A stretch of DNA of 43,043 nt from a bacterium (lineage in GTDB: Bacteria; Patescibacteriota; Minisyncoccia; Phycocordibacterales; UBA5272). Below the pieces are notes generated by a model, which did not search any database, had not been told where the DNA came from, and saw only the letters and a program-made list of their open reading frames with translations. Positions 17,118 through 25,712 of this stretch are shown one piece after another. Where the stretch lies: the NCBI GenBank assembly GCA_031386485.1, contig JANNCJ010000048.1, positions 1 to 43,043 on the forward strand. Direction: 5' to 3'. The position numbers were made by a program, and so were the translations under genes. How positions within the stretch are numbered: position 1 is the stretch's first letter; each line of letters begins with the position of its first letter.

Positions 17118-17609
17118 TTAATGGTAATCTCTTGATTGTGCTGAGGCTTCTCCGTGATTGTTTTCTCCCAGTAACGTGTCATCCATTATATAAACAGAAA
17201 AAAGAATTAAAAGGAAAGAGAATATTGCCAAAATAAAAATATTCTTAGTTTTAAGAACTGCTCTCTCTTTTATAAAGTAAGTGAGGTAGGTCCCAACTAG
17301 ACCGATACCAAGCAAGATACCAGCGTATGACGGATTATCCAGATAATGTTGAATACCCCCAGAAATAAAACCAGTAGCAAAAGAAAGTCCTGTTATTAGA
17401 AGTAGATAATCTAAGTTTATTTTCTGACCATTTTGTTTTGCTTCTAAAACATTACCAATTAACATTAGAATTAATCCAATTATCATTAAAACTATATACC
17501 TACCAAAACCATTCTGTAGTGCGCCAATATGCACTACAGAGCCAGCAATCAGTGCAACACCTAAGTATTTACCGATATAAATTAAAAAGTTTTTGTTTTC
17601 GTTCGACAT
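17118..17609 (-). CDS. integral membrane protein (163 aa), unknown function
   Basis: Five predicted hydrophobic helices. Lies between csoR and the MauE-like gene on the same strand. Confidence 0.5.
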   Translation of the reverse strand: MSNENKNFLIYIGKYLGVALIAGSVVHIGALQNGFGRYIVLMIIGLILMLIGNVLEAKQNGQKINLDYLLLITGLSFATGFISGGIQHYLDNPSYAGILLGIGLVGTYLTYFIKERAVLKTKNIFILAIFSFLLILFSVYIMDDTLLGENNHGEASAQSRDYH

Positions 17610-17611
17610 AA

Positions 17612-17884
17612 TTATTTTCTTTTTAATTTATATACTTTTACAATCTCTTTTTGCATTTCGGCTAATTTATTCTTGTTGCTATCTTTGTATAAACAATGAG
17701 ATAAGTGGCTTTCTAGCATTTCATCTTCAAGACTTGAAATAGCGCTTTTTATGGCACTGGTTTGAGTAATTATATCTATACAATACTTGTCATCAAGTAT
17801 CATTTTTTCTACACCATTTATCTGACCTTTTATTTTTTTGATACGATTAATTACTTTTTTATTGTCTATGTGTATACCGTGCAT
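17612..17884 (-). CDS. csoR: CsoR/RcnR-family metal-sensing repressor
   Basis: INRIKKIKGQINGVEKM helix and a C...H-x3-C ligand pattern (KYC ... SHLSHC). Start set at MHGIH so that the operator palindrome stays non-coding. Confidence 0.8.
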   Translation of the reverse strand: MHGIHIDNKKVINRIKKIKGQINGVEKMILDDKYCIDIITQTSAIKSAISSLEDEMLESHLSHCLYKDSNKNKLAEMQKEIVKVYKLKRK

Positions 17885-17895
17885 ATAATATATTG

Positions 17896-17914
17896 TATAC
17901 CCCCGTGGGGTATA
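17896..17914. promoter_or_regulatory. CsoR-type operator TATACCCC-cgt-GGGGTATA
   Basis: Perfect 8-bp inverted repeat with G/C tracts, 12 nt upstream of the csoR ATG. Resembles described CsoR operators. Confidence 0.7.
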
Positions 17915-17929
17915 AGTCAAGCGTATATT

Positions 17930-19420
17930 TTATGTTTCTTTCTTACAGAATTTAGCCACTATATCTTTATACTCGCCCTTCTTCTCTTCGCTCATCTTCG
18001 CATAATTAATACCAACAAATCCGAGTCTACCCTCCCTCGAGAGCAAATCATAATGCTTGCCTACAAAAGTCCAAAATAGAGCGTCCCAAATGAGAGACCA
18101 CTCTCCCTTCTTAAAGTTACTCATCTTAATAATGTAAGCTGAGCCAGATATATAAGGCTTAGTAGTGATAAGTCCTCCGTCTGCATAGAGTGCCATACTA
18201 TAGACATTAGGCACCATGACCCAGTCATATGCATCTATATACAACTCCATAAACCATTTATAGATATCGTCCGGTTTATACCCGCAGAGATTCATAAAGT
18301 TGCCCATCACCATGAGCCTGGTTATGTGATGAGAGTAGGCATATTTAAGCACTGCCTTAATAGTATCATCGACCGGGTCTATACCAGTCTCGCCATTCCA
18401 GAATGTTATAGGTAATTGACGGTACGCGTTGAAATAATTACCATTGCGTATCTTAACTCCATGATAGACATAGACGGCTCTTATATATTCACGCCAGCCA
18501 ATAAGCTGCCGGACGAATCCTTCGAGAGAATTAATTCTAACTTTACCCTTATTTATTTCTGCATAATTGAGAGTTTTCTCTAATACATATTCTGGGGTAA
18601 GTAGCCCAATATTAAGTAATGGTGAAAGTATGCTGTGATAAAGAGTAACACCGCCACTACTTATTGCATCTTCGTATGGACCAAAATGATCTAGCTTATT
18701 GATCAAAAAATCATCTAGCCACTTTTTTGCTTCTTTATGTGTAACAGGGTAAAAGAAGTTACCAGCTTCACCGTAATTATTCTTAAAGCTCTTCTCTACA
18801 TATTCTAGAGCTTCATAAATATACTCATTATGATTAGGCTCAGGGTCGCTTGGCAAAGTCATCTCTCTAGGTATTTTATCTCTATTATCCTCATCACATG
18901 ACCACTTACCTCCAATAGGACTACCGTCTTCTTCGAGCAATATGCCGAGCCTCTTCCTCTGCCATTCATAAAAGGTGCGCATCAAGAATTTCTTATTTTT
19001 TTCTATTAGTGGCCTAAAGAAAATATCTAAATCTTTTGTTCTAGTAAGAAATAGTGGGGTATCTAAGATGTTATATGTGATAGACTTTAGATCAAGAGCA
19101 CTCGTAAGCTTCTTACTCAGCCAATTATCAACTGGGTCATAGTAGGTGACATGACTAATATTGTAATCTGCAAGAATTGTGCTGATGTCTTCGGTTTTTT
19201 TGATCTCATGATAATTAATATAAATAACTTTATATTCATTTTTAATTAGAAAATCTTTGTAAGCTTGCATGCTTGCTCTGTGCAGCATTAGTTTTTGCTT
19301 GTGGAATCTTAACTCAGTAAAAAATAATGGCTCCTCGATCAAAAATACTGTAGCGTTCTTATCTATATTAGAAATATTTTCAAAAAGTTGATGGGGGTAA
19401 ATTAGAAAAGCCTGACTCAT
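17930..19420 (-). CDS. cryptochrome/photolyase-family protein, COG3046 (FeS-BCP / PhrB-like) type
   Basis: About 500 aa; LIGWREYIR and YIDAYDWVMVPNVYSM...GGLITTKPYISGSAYIIKMS motifs. Start moved to MSQAFLIYPHQLF. Confidence 0.75.
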   Translation of the reverse strand: MSQAFLIYPHQLFENISNIDKNATVFLIEEPLFFTELRFHKQKLMLHRASMQAYKDFLIKNEYKVIYINYHEIKKTEDISTILADYNISHVTYYDPVDNWLSKKLTSALDLKSITYNILDTPLFLTRTKDLDIFFRPLIEKNKKFLMRTFYEWQRKRLGILLEEDGSPIGGKWSCDEDNRDKIPREMTLPSDPEPNHNEYIYEALEYVEKSFKNNYGEAGNFFYPVTHKEAKKWLDDFLINKLDHFGPYEDAISSGGVTLYHSILSPLLNIGLLTPEYVLEKTLNYAEINKGKVRINSLEGFVRQLIGWREYIRAVYVYHGVKIRNGNYFNAYRQLPITFWNGETGIDPVDDTIKAVLKYAYSHHITRLMVMGNFMNLCGYKPDDIYKWFMELYIDAYDWVMVPNVYSMALYADGGLITTKPYISGSAYIIKMSNFKKGEWSLIWDALFWTFVGKHYDLLSREGRLGFVGINYAKMSEEKKGEYKDIVAKFCKKET

Positions 19421-19503
19421 AATTAATATAATTATAACATGGCAAAAAGAAAACCCCCGCATCTCCGCTGCATTACTGCAGCATTGATGCTAAGGGTCTT
19501 GGA

Positions 19504-19809
19504 TCAAAGATCCTCGGCGCTGAGCGCCTGGAAGCTCTGCGCTGGCAGCACTTCGGCCGACCACTCACTGACTTCATCGCCCTGCGATGTCACCCAGCGA
19601 CATTGCCGTACCCAATGCCAGCCATCCCAAACATTCCGGCACTGTTTCACCCTTTGAGGGGCGGCAAGTGCCCCAAGTACCACTCCGAGAACTGCACCAA
19701 CAACGGCATTTGCAGCCTGCTGTTGGCGACCTTCCGGAGTGTTTGCACACCCCATCAGAAAAGCCATCATCAAGAGTGATGTGACAGAGCGAAGAAAAGA
19801 AAAGTTCAT
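19504..19809 (-). CDS. small lipoprotein with glycine-zipper helix (101 aa), GC-rich island
   Basis: Lipobox FLMGC after a hydrophobic signal, AVVGAVLGVVLGALAA zipper, GGAGG Shine-Dalgarno 7 nt upstream of the ATG. Confidence 0.6.
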   Translation of the reverse strand: MNFSFLRSVTSLLMMAFLMGCANTPEGRQQQAANAVVGAVLGVVLGALAAPQRVKQCRNVWDGWHWVRQCRWVTSQGDEVSEWSAEVLPAQSFQALSAEDL

Positions 19810-19853
19810 GATGTTCCTCCAGGCTAGTTTTTAGCCCCTGTGAATATATCTAT

Positions 19854-19881
19854 ATTATACACAAAAATAAGAATTTGTCAA
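19854..19881 (-). promoter_or_regulatory. near-consensus sigma70 promoter
   Basis: On the minus strand: TTGACA (19876-19881), ~16-nt spacer, TGtTATAAT (19854-19859). Confidence 0.6.
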
Positions 19882-20035
19882 GATGAACAGTAGAATGATA
19901 ATAAAATCATAATGAAATCCTAAAACAAAGCATACTCAAAATACCCTTATAAAATAAGACTTATTTGATATAAAATTGAATACGAACCCCACTTCGCATA
20001 AAGCTACGTGGGGCAAGCCAAATGTGGCCACACTT

Positions 20036-20080
20036 CCTTCCCGTAGGGAAGGTGCTCGAAGAGCGGAAGGGGTTAACTAA
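20036..20080. repeat. GC-rich hairpin repeat, copy 2
   Basis: ccttccc-gta-gggaagg tgctcgaagagcggaaggggttaactaa, immediately after the SEDS gene stop codon. Confidence 0.6.
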
Positions 20081-20081
20081 G

Positions 20082-21200
20082 CTACTCTAACCCCAAGAAT
20101 TCATTCTTATAATCCTTTTTAAAATTAAAACTTCGCACTGCGAATGAGGAGACGAGGCCGAGCATGAGCGCTGCTGATATAAAGTGTGAGCCGCCATAAG
20201 ACATAAATGGTAGTGGTATACCCGTAACTGGTAGGACTCCAATATTCATACCAATATTAATCACACTATGAGTAAATATCCAACCAAAAGCGCCCACACA
20301 AATTAGTACAAAAAAGTTATCTTTAAGTACTGACGCGATGTAAATGATGCGGGAGAGTAAAAGTATGACAGTGCTAAGTAGTAACACCACGCCAATAAAT
20401 CCCCACTCCTCACTATATGCTGAGAATATAAAATCTGTCTCATGCTCAGGAAGATAATTAAGCCTCGACTGCGTACCATACCCTACGCCCTTACCAGTAA
20501 GTCCTCCAGAGCCGATAGCGATCTGAGACTGATAGACATTATAACCGCTACCTCGTATATCACGTAGTGGGTCAAGGAAATTAAGCAATCTATCCTTCTG
20601 ATACTGCTTAAAGATGCTAGTCCAAAGAATAGCAAATATAATTATAAAGACTCCGACCATGGCAAAGAAATGCTTCTTAGAAAGTCCTGACATCAATATC
20701 ATCACAAACCAAATAGCGAGTAGTACCATAGCCGACCCAAAGTCAGGCTGCTTGAGTGTAATAGCTACCGGCACTAAAGTGTATATAAAAGATATAATAA
20801 TATGTCTGATATTCTTAATCTCCACATGTCTCTTGGTAAAATACTTAGCAAGCAGTATAACAAGTGCCATCTTAGCAAAGTCTGCTGGCTGTAGTGAAAA
20901 TGCTCCAAAATCTATCCAGGCCTTAGACCCCTTGATAGAGCTACCAAAAATAAGAGTAGAGCCGAGTAGTAAATTAGTGAATATGTAAAAAATTAATACA
21001 CTCCTGGTGTCGCGAAGAAATGTATAATCAAAACGTGAGATAGTTATAAAAGCAATAAGCCCTATAATAATCCAAGTAGCTTGCTTTACCATATACTGAT
21101 CTCCAAGAGTAAAGGTGGACATTGTGAGTAATCCAAAAGTCGCCATAAAGGCTATAGCAAAAAATAATATTAGATCGAACTTTAATATCTTGCTTATCAT
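20082..21200 (-). CDS. SEDS-family peptidoglycan polymerase (FtsW/RodA)
   Basis: 10-TM profile; QPADFAKMALVILLAKY, GSGGLTGKGVGYG and ETDFIFSAYSEEWGFIG motifs. Confidence 0.9.
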   Translation of the reverse strand: MISKILKFDLILFFAIAFMATFGLLTMSTFTLGDQYMVKQATWIIIGLIAFITISRFDYTFLRDTRSVLIFYIFTNLLLGSTLIFGSSIKGSKAWIDFGAFSLQPADFAKMALVILLAKYFTKRHVEIKNIRHIIISFIYTLVPVAITLKQPDFGSAMVLLAIWFVMILMSGLSKKHFFAMVGVFIIIFAILWTSIFKQYQKDRLLNFLDPLRDIRGSGYNVYQSQIAIGSGGLTGKGVGYGTQSRLNYLPEHETDFIFSAYSEEWGFIGVVLLLSTVILLLSRIIYIASVLKDNFFVLICVGAFGWIFTHSVINIGMNIGVLPVTGIPLPFMSYGGSHFISAALMLGLVSSFAVRSFNFKKDYKNEFLGLE

Positions 21201-21202
21201 AA

Positions 21203-22006
21203 TTAATGGTAAATTGGGATAAGTGTGACTGTTGCAATGTCGGAATCTATCTCCTCACTCCAAGAGAAATATGAAGTGTAATTGCCTCCAGGATTTAAAT
21301 CTTCTATGTTCTGAGTAGCGTAATTTATAATATTCCCGAGGCTGTCTTTAAGCAAAACAAGCAAAACTATTCTCTCTTTTATATTACTGAGCGATTCATA
21401 ATTAACACGCAATTTTGAGATACTACCCTTTTCAAATTCAAAATCCTTTAGCCTTAGATTATAATTCTTCTCATTCTTATACATCTTGTAATCGCTAATC
21501 TTAGTACTTATCTTTGCTACTCTAGTCGCGACCTTGTAATTATTCGTTATCACTGGCACTACATTACCATGCGAGGCTGGAACTGTAATCACAATATCAT
21601 CAGCTCGACCACCCATATCATCGTAAAGCTCATAAGTGAGCGTGACTTCTCTCGGCGCGCTCTTACTGTTATCATTTTGAATGAGTGTAATGATATCATA
21701 AGTGCCGTCAGCATTAGCAAAATAATTACTATACTCTATAGTGAGGGGCTTATACTCACTCTTACATATAAGAGCGCACTCTCCTCCACAGTCTACTCCA
21801 TTTTCTAATCCATTCTTGATATCATCTGCACAAGTAGGGGCAACCTGAAGCGATCCATATATCTTAACCCCGACATAAGAGGATAATAAAATACAAATCA
21901 AAAATATCACCACTATGCGTCTGTTATGAGACCACTTACTATCAGTCGCTCTTATTTTCTTAACTTCTTGTAGCTCATTCTTTATTATATTTAGATTATC
22001 TACCAT
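21203..22006 (-). CDS. membrane-anchored hypothetical protein with Cys-rich module
   Basis: N-terminal TM helix, then CADDIKNGLENGVDCGGECALIC. Its stop lies 2 nt upstream of the SEDS gene start. Confidence 0.5.
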   Translation of the reverse strand: MVDNLNIIKNELQEVKKIRATDSKWSHNRRIVVIFLICILLSSYVGVKIYGSLQVAPTCADDIKNGLENGVDCGGECALICKSEYKPLTIEYSNYFANADGTYDIITLIQNDNSKSAPREVTLTYELYDDMGGRADDIVITVPASHGNVVPVITNNYKVATRVAKISTKISDYKMYKNEKNYNLRLKDFEFEKGSISKLRVNYESLSNIKERIVLLVLLKDSLGNIINYATQNIEDLNPGGNYTSYFSWSEEIDSDIATVTLIPIYH

Positions 22007-22082
22007 TAATGTATTATAACATACTAGACTAGAAATTATATTCCGAATATGTTATTATTAAATTCTTGGTAAGATTAAAGAG

Positions 22083-22130
22083 GCCCGGGTGGCGCCAGAT
22101 TTTAGTAGAGGTCGACGCACTGTGCGAAAG
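22083..22130 (+). pseudogene. degenerate 5'-half copy of tRNA-Leu
   Basis: gcccgggtggcg vs gcccagatggcg, and ggtcgacgcact vs ggtagacgcact of the intact gene 59 nt downstream. Confidence 0.45.
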
Positions 22131-22141
22131 TTAACAAAAAT

Positions 22142-22226
22142 GCCCAGATGGCGAAATTGGTAGACGCACTACCTTGAGGTGGTAGCGAGGCAACTCATGG
22201 AGGTTCAAATCCTCTTCTGGGCACCA
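22142..22226 (+). tRNA. tRNA-Leu (GAG), CCA encoded
   Basis: Acceptor gcccaga/tctgggc, anticodon loop ttgaggt, long variable arm, T-loop ttcaaat. Confidence 0.9.
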
Positions 22227-22248
22227 AATATAAAAGCTGTAAGGCTTT

Positions 22249-22713
22249 TTATTTTTTTAATTTATACTTTACTACCATTATTACCGATAAGACGCCAATC
22301 ATGATACCAGCTAGTATGTCTATCAAATAGTGCACGCCAAGATAAATTCTCGAGTATGACACGAGTGCGCACCACAATATGGCGAAGATATACAGAGTTA
22401 ATCTTAAACTCTTGCTCTTAATATGCATATTTGTAAAAGATATTACAAGAGTGGCAAGCACTGCGGCCATTGTCGCGTGCCCTGAGGGGAATCTGTAATC
22501 TCCAGCGCTTATAAGCATGTCTACCGGCCGCGGAACTTGCAGTATATACTTAAGCGAATATGTAAATATCATAGCCAAAGAAGAAGATACTAGTACAACC
22601 CCTGCTTCTAAATTCTTCTTTATAAAATATAAATAAAAACTTAGAAGAGTCACAAGGGTCGCCATGACCTTAGTGCTTGCAATATCTGATATGCTTATAT
22701 AAAACTCTAACAT
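22249..22713 (-). CDS. PAP2-family phosphatase (undecaprenyl-diphosphatase-like)
   Basis: KYILQVPRP, PSGHA and SRIYLGVHYLIDILAG match the three PAP2 signature motifs. Confidence 0.8.
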   Translation of the reverse strand: MLEFYISISDIASTKVMATLVTLLSFYLYFIKKNLEAGVVLVSSSLAMIFTYSLKYILQVPRPVDMLISAGDYRFPSGHATMAAVLATLVISFTNMHIKSKSLRLTLYIFAILWCALVSYSRIYLGVHYLIDILAGIMIGVLSVIMVVKYKLKK

Positions 22714-23181
22714 CTAATGATTATACCTCGGCTTATACATTTTATCAATCATAAACATTGGCCTTACATGCATTCTTTTCTCAATCTTGTCATGTAATGA
22801 CATTATGTCTATAAGATAAGAAAGTGAAATCATCAAAATTAACAAGAAGAATATACTAGCTAGCGCGGGCTTCTTATATATAAATGAGTAATTAGAGCGT
22901 AGCGTGTATGCAGAAATAATAAGTAAAGCAAAAAGACTCAGAATCATAAATGGCAAAGTCTCTAGACTAGTAAAAAGCTCATAGGCTTTGTGTGGGGGTA
23001 AAGTACGGCTTTTAAAAAGTAATATAGATATAAAAAGTATACATATTAAAAGAAGAAGCAAAAAACCTAGTGCATAAAGTGCGCCAATGGCCACAAAATA
23101 CCATTTAGGCCTTATCTTTAGCTCGCCGCTATTTATCATTTCTTTTATTTTACTTTCTAATTTTATTTTTGTTTCTTGCAT
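22714..23181 (-). CDS. membrane protein, possible anti-sigma factor
   Basis: Four TM helices. The assignment rests only on its position directly downstream of the ECF sigma gene. Confidence 0.35.
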   Translation of the reverse strand: MQETKIKLESKIKEMINSGELKIRPKWYFVAIGALYALGFLLLLLICILFISILLFKSRTLPPHKAYELFTSLETLPFMILSLFALLIISAYTLRSNYSFIYKKPALASIFFLLILMISLSYLIDIMSLHDKIEKRMHVRPMFMIDKMYKPRYNH

Positions 23182-23193
23182 ATTATTTAAATT

Positions 23194-23739
23194 TTACTTC
23201 TCACTTTTATTTATTATATCTTTAAGCTTCTCTTTGGCTCTTCTTATCCTTGTACCCACTGTGCTTATTGGGATTTTGAGTATTTCGGAGATTTCTTCAT
23301 ATGATAAATCTTCAAAGTAATTTAAGATTAATATTTCTTTATACTTAGCTCCAAGCTTGTCTAAGTTAAGCTCCATTTCTTTTTTGAGTTCTTGAGTCAA
23401 AGTGTGGGAGTCACTTTTTTCTTTAGAAAATAACTGTGGCGATATAATATCGAGCTCAAAAAAGCTTATACCAATTTTTTTATGCTTTTTAAGATAATTT
23501 ACGCTTTCATTGTGTGCGATGCGATATATCCATGAGTTAAAACTCTGATCCTTGTCAAAGCTATTTAAGTTTTGATACGCCTTGATAAACACATTTTGTA
23601 AAATGTCTTCTACGTCTTCTTTGGTAGCGATAAATCGATTTATATATCTACTTAATTTATTATTATAAATCTGCACAATGTCTCCATATGAATCTTTTTG
23701 ACCGTCAAGTACTTTACGAACTAGCTCTATTTCTAGCAT
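23194..23739 (-). CDS. ECF-type sigma-70 family RNA polymerase sigma factor
   Basis: Region 2 FNSWIYRIAHNESVNYLKK and region 4 LSYEEISEILKIPISTVGTRIRRAKEKL. Confidence 0.85.
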   Translation of the reverse strand: MLEIELVRKVLDGQKDSYGDIVQIYNNKLSRYINRFIATKEDVEDILQNVFIKAYQNLNSFDKDQSFNSWIYRIAHNESVNYLKKHKKIGISFFELDIISPQLFSKEKSDSHTLTQELKKEMELNLDKLGAKYKEILILNYFEDLSYEEISEILKIPISTVGTRIRRAKEKLKDIINKSEK

Positions 23740-23800
23740 AAATATTATTACAAAATTATTTTTATTTTATTTCAAATTTTGATATTAAAATATACACATT

Positions 23801-24574
23801 TTATTGAGTTAGTATCTCACCTCCATTTTTGGTGACTAAGACTGTGTGCTCAAAATGTGCTGACTTCTCTCCATCTGCCGTCACAAAGGTGTATCCATCA
23901 GCACATAGCTCAGCATCATCAGTGCCTAGATTAACCATGGGCTCTATGGCTATTACTAGCCCTTCTTCTAACCTGACTCCTCTTACTCCATCATAATAGT
24001 TAGGGACATAGGGCTCCTCATGCACTTTATATCCGACCCCATGACCTGATAAAATTTTTACTATTCCATACCCCTTGCCAATTTCCTTTTCTATAGCTTT
24101 GGAAATGTCACTTATATAATTACCTGCCTTAGCCGCTTTTATGCCTGCCGTCCTCGCTCTCTTAGTTACCTCCAAAAGCTCTTTCTCTTCTTTACTTATC
24201 TCGCCGACAGGGACAGTCATAGCATGGTCTACTATCAAACCATTATGAGTGAGACAAGAGTCTATTTTAACCAGGTCACCTTCCTTAATTATCACATCGC
24301 GCGACGGTATGCCGTGCACTATCTCATCGTTAAGACTAATACATATAGAAGCTGGGAATGGGTACTCAGCACCATAGGGCTGATAATTAAGCAAGCTTGG
24401 TGTGTCACCCCCTTCTATTACCATTTTGTTATAGATAGTATCTAGCTCATCTGTACTAATACCAACTTTAACATGTTCACTTAGCTCACGCATAATATTA
24501 GCGAGTCTCTTGCCTCCCTCTCTTAGATTCTTTATGTCTTCCTCACCTTTTAATTTTATTTTACTTTGGGACAT
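23801..24574 (-). CDS. map: type I methionine aminopeptidase
   Basis: Metal-ligand context DLVKIDS, GHGVG, IEPM and EHTVLVT. Confidence 0.95.
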   Translation of the reverse strand: MSQSKIKLKGEEDIKNLREGGKRLANIMRELSEHVKVGISTDELDTIYNKMVIEGGDTPSLLNYQPYGAEYPFPASICISLNDEIVHGIPSRDVIIKEGDLVKIDSCLTHNGLIVDHAMTVPVGEISKEEKELLEVTKRARTAGIKAAKAGNYISDISKAIEKEIGKGYGIVKILSGHGVGYKVHEEPYVPNYYDGVRGVRLEEGLVIAIEPMVNLGTDDAELCADGYTFVTADGEKSAHFEHTVLVTKNGGEILTQ

Positions 24575-24601
24575 GTTTTTATCAGTGGAAAATTTTCTTA
24601 T

Positions 24602-24703
24602 CTAACCTCTAGATTTTATATGACTTCCTTTTTGAGAAATAATTTCAAAACTATTCTTATTTAAAATTTTTAGAACATGCTTTGTGCTAAGAAGTCTAGG
24701 CAT
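24602..24703 (-). pseudogene. truncated HicA (33 codons)
   Basis: MPRLLSTKHVLKILNKNSFEIISQKGSHIKSRG* has the HicA N-terminal half only. Its ATG overlaps the HicB-like stop codon (ATGCCTAG). Confidence 0.6.
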
Positions 24704-24920
24704 ATGCTATTTCGCTAGTAAATAACTCTGGGCTCACAATCTTCGAGAGATTATCAAGAATATTCTGTTCATCTTCGTAGTAGAGCGAGAGAGCTTCATT
24801 CAGATTCTCAATTGCCTCGTTTTTGGTTAAACCAAAAGACGAGATGCTGTTTGTAAGCGACTTAGAAACATAAAAGCCTCCCTCTTTCCAGACAATATTT
24901 ACACTATTTAACTTCTTCAT
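24696..24920 (-). CDS. HicB-like antitoxin (UPF0150 fold)
   Basis: VWKEGGFYVSKSL...GLTKNEAIENLNEAL pattern. Start placed at MKKLNS. Confidence 0.65.
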   Translation of the reverse strand: MKKLNSVNIVWKEGGFYVSKSLTNSISSFGLTKNEAIENLNEALSLYYEDEQNILDNLSKIVSPELFTSEIAYA

Positions 24921-24950
24921 ATTTATATGATACCACAAAATAATTAATTC

Positions 24951-25571
24951 TCAAATGACCTTATCTAGCTTAACCTTAATCTCATCCGCTACCTCAGCTA
25001 CACTCTTTTCACCATTTACATGGATAAATTTATAATTCGGATCTTCACTATACCACTCTATCACAGGCATAACGTCAGAGTCAAACCAATTCATTTTATT
25101 TTGTACATCGTCTTTACTTTGATCATCTTCTCTACCCCTCTCACTTAGTCTCTCTGTGGCCCATTTACGACCAACATCAATATAGACTACAGTTGTCTTG
25201 AAGTTATAAAATTCTATTGCGCTCGCGAGTGCGTGCAGCTCAGCTAACCTACGTGGTGCACCATCTAAAATAATATTAGTATTGTCACCAGCTATATCAA
25301 TAAATATATTTGCCCAATTCCAAACAGCTAAGAACTCCGGCATTAGCTTGCCAGAGTTAATTAACTCGGATGCAATCTTAGCGCTTCTATTGTCTCTCTC
25401 GATGAAATCTCGAAAACCTCCTCCAGTCGTGAGATGTTTAAAATCTTTTTCTATATAATTTTCTTTTATTAGCGCAGCTTGGGTGCCTTTGCCACTCCCA
25501 CTTCTACCCAGTAATATTATAAGATGGTTTTTAGTTTGGGTTGTATTCATGATGTTTGCTTCGCTTGACAT
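24951..25571 (-). CDS. adk: adenylate kinase
   Basis: P-loop LGRSGSGKGTQ, ILDGAPRR, RGREDD. The start may instead be the internal Met at 25550. Confidence 0.9.
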   Translation of the reverse strand: MSSEANIMNTTQTKNHLIILLGRSGSGKGTQAALIKENYIEKDFKHLTTGGGFRDFIERDNRSAKIASELINSGKLMPEFLAVWNWANIFIDIAGDNTNIILDGAPRRLAELHALASAIEFYNFKTTVVYIDVGRKWATERLSERGREDDQSKDDVQNKMNWFDSDVMPVIEWYSEDPNYKFIHVNGEKSVAEVADEIKVKLDKVI

Positions 25572-25712
25572 ATTATTATTATTAGACTATAATTATACCA
25601 TACTTGACCTTCGGGTTTCTTTTTAGAGAAATCTAAAAAGTTAATAAAAAGTCTATGCAAGAAAATCTTGCATATACTTTTTAAGTTTTATATATTCACT
25701 TTATTCTACTGT

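Noticed and set aside
19439-19784. Plus-strand ORFs 19439-19657 and 19587-19784, and the alternative frames 6910-7185, 6977-7291 and 82-375 in the GC-rich islands.
   Set aside because: High GC keeps several frames open by chance. The chosen frames are the ones with a promoter, a Shine-Dalgarno or leader, and signal-peptide or TM features.
20015-20040. A possible fourth copy of the conserved leader (aagtgtggcc on the minus strand near 20020-20035).
   Set aside because: Only a 9-mer plus scattered matches are shared. A 9-mer match in 86 kb of two-strand sequence is not clearly beyond chance.
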